Notes under the pieces: model-generated
Seen by the model: only the letters and a program-made list of their open reading frames with translations
Databases searched by the model: none
Told to the model about the DNA's origin: nothing
Position numbers and translations under genes: made by a program
Assembly (NCBI GenBank): GCA_033763455.1
Contig: JANRKO010000038.1
Span: 1-64,000, forward strand
Reading direction: 5' to 3'
From: Polyangiaceae bacterium
GTDB lineage: Bacteria > Myxococcota_A > Polyangia > Polyangiales > Polyangiaceae
Length of the DNA stretch: 64,000 nt
In this document: positions 1-7,400 of the stretch, piece by piece
How positions within the stretch are numbered: the first letter of the stretch is position 1
How the letters are laid out: each line of letters starts with the position of its first letter

Positions 1-141
1 CGAGTACCTCACGGTTTTCTACAACCGCCAGCGAAAGCACTCGGCACGGAATGGGCTCAGCCCTGAACAGTTTGAATCTTGCAATGCAGGCCGCCTAGCG
101 GCATAACCTAACAACCTGTCCGGGAAAGCGGATCAACTCCA
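1..141 (+). mobile_element. Right end of an IS3-family insertion sequence (IRR about 116-141)
   Basis: The transposase stop is followed by CTGTCCGGGAAAGCGGATCAACTCCA, ending in the CA-3' typical of IS3 termini. Confidence 0.8.
2..106 (+). CDS. IS3-family transposase (OrfB integrase core), C-terminal end only; 5' part is outside the window
   Basis: Frame +2 reads EYLTVFYNRQRKHSARNGLSPEQFESCNAGRLAA*, matching the 'EYI..FYNR.R.HS.LG..SP..FE' terminus of IS3 OrfB. Confidence 0.85.
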   Translation, partial: EYLTVFYNRQRKHSARNGLSPEQFESCNAGRLAA

Positions 142-236
142 GTGTGTTTCTTTCGCTTTCGACGAGTCTTGCTTTCCATGATCTAACTCCGAGGATACCC
201 TCTTTGCTGGGTGTCCTGGAAATCCGGGGAAGCTCA
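142..236 (-). mobile_element. Left-end remnant of a second IS3-family element (IRL plus start of orfA), interrupted by the first IS
   Basis: The minus strand from 236 reads TGAGCTTCCCCGGATTTCCAGGACAC (TG-start IRL), then GGAG and an ATG at 179 encoding MESKTRRKRKKHT, an IS3 OrfA-like N-terminus that is cut at 142. Confidence 0.75.
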
Positions 237-1485
237 GTGACTCGATGATTGTGCCGAGTCCAGGAACAGCGTCAGGATGGTTCGTTATGGCATTTTGAGC
301 GGCGGCTAGGTCCCTCGACACAAACGTCGGAGCCCGTGCCGCGTCGAGTCCATTCTCAAGGATGGCGGGCCCATTCTTGATACTCCCGTGAAAGACCGAG
401 ACTGTCTCCTCTGCCGCTTGCGCGCTCACAACCGTCGCAGGTTTCAAACTCCGAGCAGCCGCCGCCTGCATGGCCTTGCCCAGGCCTCGGGCAGCTCCAG
501 CGCTGGCCATACCGATGGCGCCGTCGATCGCTACATCCTTAAGCGTTCCGAAATCCTTACCGCCGCTCGAAACGCCGCGCTCTGCCAGCCCAGCCGCGGC
601 ATTGGCCACCGCTCCTTGGGCGAGCACCATGCCAAGCCCAGCTTGCGGGCAGGCAGTCGCTATCGCTCCGCCGACCGCTCCACCGAATGCGGCTGCGCCA
701 ATCCGGCCCCAGTCCGTGATGTGCCCGTTGCTTTGCATCATCTGGGCAGCAGCTTGCAAACCAGCGCCCACTGCCCCCCCAACAATAGCTCCAGCCAAAA
801 CCTGCCAAAATTCCCCACTAGAATCCCGCGCCACCATCGGCGTCAGGTTCGCGTAAGCGTAAGGATTGACCGCTCCGAACTCGGCACCTAGGTAACGCTC
901 TGGTTCGTCTACAGCTACAGGGTCTCCGCTGATCCAGAAGCCCAGCTGGTGGCTGTAAAACCTCGCCCCCACTTGGTCGAGGCTCGCGCTTTTGTCGCGA
1001 ATGCCCGTGGCGTACTTCGAGATTTCGCTGGATGTATCGTAGCGACTAACGCCATACGGATAGCTCGCAAAGCGGCCCCGCACTTCCCCGGTGCCGTTCG
1101 TTTCCACGAGCGCTGATCCTAATGGATCCGAGAAAATCAGTGTATCTTCAGCCGTGAGCACCTGCACGCTGCCGCCAGGGAGCGCCGCCTTTGGGCTATC
1201 GCTGCTGCACGCGCTCACCACCAAGAGCGCCAATGCTCCCAGAGCCAAACGTGCTGGCCACACCAACCGACGTCGATAATGCCAACCGAGCACCACCAAC
1301 AGCAACGGAGCTACAAAGAAGTAACCTGTAGCGGCTACTTGGGCAAACCAGCTCCCGAAGCGCGCCAATGTTCCCGTCTTGCCGCCAGCTGCATCTCCAG
1401 CTGTATTACCTCCCTCCAATCCGGCTATTCCCGTTGGTGCCCCAGCAGCCGCCCCATTACCCGTCGCAAGCTTCGCCACGATCAA
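237..1485 (-). pseudogene. Orphan RHS-core/toxin module 2 with a probable ADP-ribosyltransferase-like tip, truncated by the IS3 insertion at 236
   Basis: Near-identical to the RHS-core region of 4489-10623 (IFSDPLGS...GARFYS...NPYAYANLTPMVARDSSG). The tip VSVFHGS...ILENG...TFVSRDLAAA resembles ART-fold strand 1/2 motifs. The last ~34 aa of the ORF-track protein are IS read-through. Confidence 0.75.
790..1480. repeat. RHS-core homology block, copy 3 (boundaries approximate)
   Basis: Long near-identical DNA shared with about 3040-3863 and about 5230-6035. Confidence 0.9.
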
Positions 1486-2339
1486 GTGGGCCCACTAACC
1501 GGAAAGTCGGAGCGACGATGCGAGTAGTGCTTGCGCTCCATAAAGGCAACGTGCTTGAGCCTTGGCAGCCTCTTTAGGGGTGTCAGGTCTCCATCCTGAA
1601 CATTCGTGGACTCATAGAACAGAACCTGCTCAAGTTCCGTCAAAGCGCTGAGCGGCCTGAACGTGTCGATGTCCTTGTCGTTGCAGAGCTGCAAGCGGCG
1701 AAGCCCTCGTAGCGCCTCTAGCGGTGCAATGTTCGTGACCTTGGGGCAATCGTTCACTTCGAGCCCAACGAGCCCGGTAAGTGACTCGATTCCGTCGAGA
1801 CTGGTCAATCTCCGCGCAACGTATAGCCCTAAGAAGCTCAGCGATCTGAGCGTTTCGATGCCTCTCAGCGTTTCGATCTTCGGGCTCGCCAGCGAAAGCG
1901 ACTCCAGACTGATCATCTTGGACATTGCGGTGAAGTCCTTTTCAGCGCACTTGTTGATGAACACCTCCTTCACTCCCTGATGTGAAAACAGAGACACAGC
2001 TCTGGGCCTCCACTCCAGGCTGCAATCCTCCAGCAAAGGTAAACCTAGGAAGAGCAACTCTGTTTTACAGTACGTGAACACTTTGAGGTAGCGAAGAAAC
2101 TTCAAATCGTTGACCGCGCTGACGTCAACGGCGTTCCAATCAGTAAGTTCGAGCCCAAGTAGATTTGGCATCTGTCTTAGAAAAGAATAGTCGCTACCAA
2201 CCCACCCCTTGGCGTAGTTCAGCTCAAGTTCTCGAATGCGCGCGCTTTCGACCGCGCCAAGGGCCAGAGGCGACCATGGCCCATGCATAACGAGCCTCGG
2301 ACCATACTTCCCCGGTTCCACGATCCAGTTAGCAGACAT
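1482..2339 (-). CDS. Leucine-rich-repeat protein, probable immunity protein for orphan module 1
   Basis: Repeated LxxLxxLxL motifs (IETLRSLSFLGL, IESLTGLVGLEV, LEALRGLRRLQL); starts 3 bp after the stop of the GIY-YIG tip; no signal peptide. Confidence 0.8.
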   Translation of the reverse strand: MSANWIVEPGKYGPRLVMHGPWSPLALGAVESARIRELELNYAKGWVGSDYSFLRQMPNLLGLELTDWNAVDVSAVNDLKFLRYLKVFTYCKTELLFLGLPLLEDCSLEWRPRAVSLFSHQGVKEVFINKCAEKDFTAMSKMISLESLSLASPKIETLRGIETLRSLSFLGLYVARRLTSLDGIESLTGLVGLEVNDCPKVTNIAPLEALRGLRRLQLCNDKDIDTFRPLSALTELEQVLFYESTNVQDGDLTPLKRLPRLKHVAFMERKHYSHRRSDFPVSGPT

Positions 2340-2342
2340 CGA

Positions 2343-3917
2343 TCAATTGCCTTCCTTCAAGAGATTCTTGCGAGCGGGACCAATTGGATTTACCTTGTTT
2401 TCTAGCTCGCTTACTCCACCGAGAGCGTCGATCCTCTTTTGCTCGGCGATCTCCCTGGCAGTCTTCCCTCCCAATACCTCCGTCGATGTCACCTGGGCAC
2501 CTTCCGGAAGTTTCCCTGACCGCGCGTGCTGCTCCAGGCGCTTGGGGATGTTGCCAGATTGCCCGACATACTTTTTCCCAGACCGGCCGATAAACTCGTA
2601 GATCCCCTCGGTTGCTTGGGCCCCCGGCTTTACACCACGCGACGCCCTATACTGCGCCTTCCACGCAGCTTCACTGCTCAGGACCGTCGCAGATTTCACC
2701 TGCGGCGCAGGCGCCTTGACTACCTTGCTCAGGCCCCGTCCAGCTTTGGCCCCGTTGGGCCCCAACATCCCGATAGTGCCGTCGACAACCACGTCCGTGG
2801 CGGTCCCGAAGTCTTTCCCGCCACTCGCGATGCCCCGCTCCGCAAGCCCCCCGATAATACTTCCCCCGGCGCGCACCAGCACCATCGCCAGCCCAGCTTG
2901 CGGACAAACGGTTGCTAACGCTCCCCCAACCGCTCCACCTGCAGTCGCCGCGCCTATCCGCCCCAAATCCGTGATGTGCCCCGTTTCGCTGTACTGACGA
3001 AACGCCTCGAGCCCGCCGCCCACCACGGCGCCTATGCCCGCCCCCACCAAAATCTGCCAAAATTCCCCACTAGAATCCCGCGCCACCATCGGCGTCAGGT
3101 TCGCGTAAGCGTACGGATTGGCGGCTCCGAACTCCGCACCCAGGTAAAGCTCAGGTTCATCTACAGCTACTGGGTCTCCGCTGATCCAGAAGCCAAGCTG
3201 GTGGCTGTAAAACCTCGCCCCCATTTGGTCGAGGCTCGCGCTCTTATCGCGAATGCCTGTCGCGTACTTCGAGATTTCGCTAGATGTATCGTAGCGGCTA
3301 ACGCCATACGGATAGCTCGCAAAGCGGCCTCGCACTTCGCCGTTGCCGCTCGTTTCCACGAGCACTGATCCCAATGGATCCGAGAAAATCAGCGTATCTT
3401 CGGCAGTAAGCACCTGCACGCTGCCGCCAGGAACCGCCGTCTTTGGGCTATCGCTGCTGCACGCACTCACCACCAAGAGAGCCAATGCTCCCAGAGCCAA
3501 ACGTGCTGGCCACACCAACCGACGTCGATAGTGCCAACCGAGCACCACCAGCAGCAACGGTGCTAAAAACAAGCAACCTGTAGCGGCGACTTGTGCAAAC
3601 CAGCTCCCGAAGCGCGCCAATGCTCCCGTCTTGCCGCCAGCTGCATCTCCAGCTGTATTACCTCCCTTCAATCCGGCTATTCCCGTTGGTGCCCCAGCAG
3701 CCGCCCCATTACCCGCCGCAAGCTTCGCCACGCGCTTATCCGCATGCACAATGTAGCGCTCGAGCTTCCCGTCCCTCACCTCGCTCCATTGATCAATAAA
3801 TACAACTTTTGACTCCTGACCGCTCGCTGCCTTCTCAACGCGTACTCGCCTCACCCCTTCGCGAGTCTGAGCTGGATTTGTTGCCCCAACTCGCTGCGGC
3901 CTCCGTGCTTTCGTCAT
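2343..3917 (-). CDS. Orphan RHS-core/toxin module 1 with a GIY-YIG (URI-fold) nuclease tip
   Basis: Duplicates the parent toxin from REGVRRVRVEK onward; the tip has GIYEF-x7-YVGQS-x5-RLEQH...E...N; the start codon is uncertain. Confidence 0.8.
   Translation of the reverse strand: MTKARRPQRVGATNPAQTREGVRRVRVEKAASGQESKVVFIDQWSEVRDGKLERYIVHADKRVAKLAAGNGAAAGAPTGIAGLKGGNTAGDAAGGKTGALARFGSWFAQVAATGCLFLAPLLLVVLGWHYRRRLVWPARLALGALALLVVSACSSDSPKTAVPGGSVQVLTAEDTLIFSDPLGSVLVETSGNGEVRGRFASYPYGVSRYDTSSEISKYATGIRDKSASLDQMGARFYSHQLGFWISGDPVAVDEPELYLGAEFGAANPYAYANLTPMVARDSSGEFWQILVGAGIGAVVGGGLEAFRQYSETGHITDLGRIGAATAGGAVGGALATVCPQAGLAMVLVRAGGSIIGGLAERGIASGGKDFGTATDVVVDGTIGMLGPNGAKAGRGLSKVVKAPAPQVKSATVLSSEAAWKAQYRASRGVKPGAQATEGIYEFIGRSGKKYVGQSGNIPKRLEQHARSGKLPEGAQVTSTEVLGGKTAREIAEQKRIDALGGVSELENKVNPIGPARKNLLKEGN
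3040..3863. repeat. RHS-core homology block, copy 2 (boundaries approximate)
   Basis: For example, GACTCCTGACCGCTCGCTGCCTTCTCAACGCGTACTCG occurs both here and at about 5984-6021. Confidence 0.9.
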
Positions 3918-3953
3918 CGATGGGCCAGCATGCTACCTGTCGCGGCCGCATCG

Positions 3954-3991
3954 GTCTTCCCCTTATCTGGGCAAGCCCAGATGGGGAAGAC
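3954..3991. terminator. Stem-loop between the Imm26-like gene and orphan module 1 (possible terminator, attenuator or RNA-processing site)
   Basis: GTCTTCCCC-TT-ATCTGGGC-AA-GCCCAGAT-GGGGAAGAC; there is no U-tract, so the function is uncertain. Confidence 0.4.
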
Positions 3992-4015
3992 GAGTTGCTT
4001 TCTAACGTTCGCTCC

Positions 4016-4492
4016 CTACTGCCCCTTAGGTCGCATTGAGATCACCCATTTGTTCGGCTTGCCTGCAAAATGATCTTGGAGGCGATCGACAACGTGACTA
4101 GCGCTCCACACGGCTGCTCGCTCAAGGGCATCCAGCTGACCTGGCATAGGTTGTAGCTCTTCAGCCCCTGTTCTGCCCACCGTAATCTTGCCCGAGATGG
4201 CGTCCTGCTTAAAAAACCAGGGCGCAACTGCCAAGTCGGGCGGCACGTCCGCCTTCCCAAGAACTGGCCACAGGCCATCGACAATGGGCTGATTCATGAC
4301 CCAGATCTTGAAAGCAACTGGCGAGCGAATGATTTCCTCGACAGAAGGCATGGAATCCCTTTTGGCAGATAGATCGAAGAACGCCATCAAGGGCTCCTCA
4401 AGCACAAGTCCAAACCCAACCCGTTCACCGTCCGCCAACGGAATTGCAACCAACTCACCCGCCACGCGTGGAATCTTGCGTCTCCGACTCAT
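4016..4492 (-). CDS. Imm26-like immunity protein
   Basis: GELVAIPLADG...FGLVL...FFD...WPVLG...LERAAVW...DRL...GKPNKW pattern of Imm26; ATGA overlap with the toxin stop at 4489-4492. Confidence 0.8.
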   Translation of the reverse strand: MSRRRKIPRVAGELVAIPLADGERVGFGLVLEEPLMAFFDLSAKRDSMPSVEEIIRSPVAFKIWVMNQPIVDGLWPVLGKADVPPDLAVAPWFFKQDAISGKITVGRTGAEELQPMPGQLDALERAAVWSASHVVDRLQDHFAGKPNKWVISMRPKGQ

Positions 4493-7400
4493 TGCTCAAA
4501 CTCCTTCTTCGCTGCTTCAATGTAGGCTGATTTTTTGGGATTCGAGGGTGATATCCCGTTTATTGCGTTGCCGGAGGTACCGCCCCGCGACTTCGCGCCG
4601 CCGTTAGCGTCGATGAGCTGCTGCTCTCGCCCTCGGATTGCAGACTTGTTGGCAGAAGACTTGTCTAGTTGTGCCGGACCGAAGCCTTGCTCGTTCATGT
4701 GATGGTTAGTGTCACGCCGAGCGATATTCTGCTCCGGTGTGCCTGTGCCACTTGTTCGCCCCGAGTAGACCTCCCCAGTTGTCGGGTTCGTTTTGGTGTA
4801 CGTTTGGTAGGTTTTGCTTCCCCCTCCAGTGCGCGAAGCCTTATACTGCGCTTGCCACGCAGATTCACTGCTCAGTACCGTCGCAGGTTTCGCACTCCGA
4901 GCGCCAGCGGCGGTCACCACCTTGACGGTGCCGCGCAGCGCCCCGCCCGAGGCTGCTCCCATTGACGCGTCCGAAGCTACCTGGTGGAGAGTCCCGAAGT
5001 CGTTCCCTCCACTCGCTATCCCGCGTTCTGTCAGGCCTCCGGCGGCGGTGGCCAAACCTCCGGTGAGCATGGCCTCCCCAAGCCCAGCCGCCGGAAGGAA
5101 GGCAAACACTGCACCCGCAACGCAGCCCCCACCGGTGGCTGCTGCTACCCGACCAAAGTCGCTTACGCTACCTGATTCCGAGTACTGACGGAACGCCTCA
5201 AGCCCGCCGCCAACCAGCGCACCCACGCCCGCCCCGACCAAAATCTGCCAAAATTCCCCCTTCGAATCCCGCGCCACCATCGGCGTCAGGTTCGCGTAGG
5301 CGTACGGATTGGCCGCCCCGAACTCCGCACCTAGATAACGCTCAGGCTCGTCTACAGCTACAGGATCTCCGCTAATCCAGAAGCCCAACTGGTGGCTGTA
5401 AAACCTCGCCCCCATTTGGTCGAGGCTCGCTGTCTTATCGCGAATGCCTGTGGCGTACTTCGAGATTTCGCTGGATGAATCGTAGCGACTGACGCCGTAT
5501 GGATAGCTCGCAAAGCGGCCCCGCACTTCGCCGTTGCCGCTCGTTTCCACGAGCACTGATCCCAATGGATCCGAGAAAATCAGCGTATCTTCAGCCGTAA
5601 GCACCTGCACGCTGCCGCCAGGAACCGCCGCCTTTGGGCTATCGCTACCGCAAGCGCTTACTGCCAGAAGCGTCAGTACTGCAAATGCCAAACGTACTGG
5701 CCACAGCAACCGACGTCGATAATGCCAACCGAGCACCACCAGCAGCAACGGTGCTAAAAATAAGTAACCTGTAGCGGCGACTTGTGCAAACCAGATCCCG
5801 AAGTGCCCGAATGCTCCCGTCTTGCCGCCAGCTGCATCTCCAGCTGTGCTACCTCCCACTAATCCTGCCCCAGCCACCCCATTACCCGCCGCAAGCTTCG
5901 CCACCCGCTTATCCGCATGCACAATGTAGCGCTCGAGCTTTCCGTCCCTCACCTCGCTCCATTGATCAATGAATACAACTTTTGACTCCTGACCGCTCGC
6001 TGCCTTCTCAACGCGTACTCGACGCACGCCCTCGCGATCGAAATGATTCCTCACGCTGGAACCATCTGCGTTGGTAACCTCTTCCAGCTGATCGACGTTG
6101 TTCCAGCGGTAGCTGCGCCCACCCTCATTCGTGAGCCTCCCCATTGCATCAAAGCTAAGCGCTTGCCCGTCGATCGTGGCCGGCACATGGGGCCGCATGC
6201 CATTGCCATAGGTGAGCACAAGCGCCGTTTGCCCTGGGATCGTGCTCTTTCGTGACAGTAGATTGCCTGTAGGCGAGTAAGTCCACGAAGTATTGCCCCA
6301 GCGACCATCCACACCAGTTAACCGGTAGAGATTGTCGTAGTGGTAAGTTTCTGAGCGGTCGAGATCGGGTGTGATATCTGGCCGGCGATCCTCCACGCCT
6401 GTAAGGTTTCCGCCCGGATCGAAGGTCCACTTGAGGTGCTCCACGAGGCTGCCGTTGGCCGATAATATCCGCTGCTCGGTGAGCCTATCGTCCGCATCGA
6501 AGTCGAACTTCTGCAACACGCCGGTGTTGAAGCGCCGCTCTTGTTCGAGGCCGTCGCCACCGTAGGTGACCTTGAGGGCGTCTCCATATTCCGCCAGCTG
6601 CCCGCGTGAATTGCGCCCTATCCGAATCGACGACCCATCTGGATAAGTGTGGAGAACTTCGCGATCCAGGTTGTCGAACTGGCTCTTGGTGACGAAGCTT
6701 TGGCCCATGATAGCTAGCCGCGTTTCGGTAATTCGCGAGCGCTCGTCGTACGTGAACTCCGCCGTGGCCGTTGCGTCCTTTGCACGTACAAGCTTGCCTC
6801 GGAACCTTAAATCCTCTGGTGCGCTCGGAGCGACGTCCCAGGTTTCCTCCACATCGAGCGTTCCATCAGCGCCCCAATCTTCGCTCACTAGGCGGCCCGC
6901 TAGATCGAAGTTGTAACGAATAATGGTGCCGTCCGGGCGCCTCCTTTCGATAAGGTTCCCTGTTGGATCCCAGATGTTCGTGTGCGTGCCGAGATCCGGA
7001 TCGTGCACGGCAGTGCGCCGCCCGCGGCCGTCGTATTCATAGCTGGCTGTATTTCCCTCGGGATCAGTGCGGCTTACGAGCCGCCCTGCCGCGTCAAATC
7101 GGGCCTTGGCCGCAAGCACTTGGCCCTTCAGGGTGCGCAGGCTTTGTACCTCTCGGCCCTGACCGTCCAGCTCCGCAATGGTCGGAGTGAGCTCGTAGCC
7201 GGCGCTCGCATCCAGCTGCCCGCCGTCCCAGGTTTTCTTTTGAAGCGGCGCGTATTCTGCTCGCGTTTCGATACCGGAGGGAGAAACCGCGCGCACCACG
7301 CGACCGAGAGCATCCGCGTATGTGGTAGAACCGCGACCGTCTTCAAGCAGTGCGCCAGAAAGCTTGGGGTCCTCAGCTATTGCGTTGGGAATGAACCGGG

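Noticed and set aside
133..236. C-terminal ~34 aa of the 450-aa ORF as part of the toxin
   Set aside because: This is read-through into IS3 terminal sequence.
116..236. A MITE bounded by the two IS-like ends
   Set aside because: The two termini are in direct rather than inverted orientation and only 16/26 identical.
3995..4015. attC core (TTCTAAC/GTTAGAA) next to the Imm26-like gene
   Set aside because: No partner R box or L boxes at the correct spacing.
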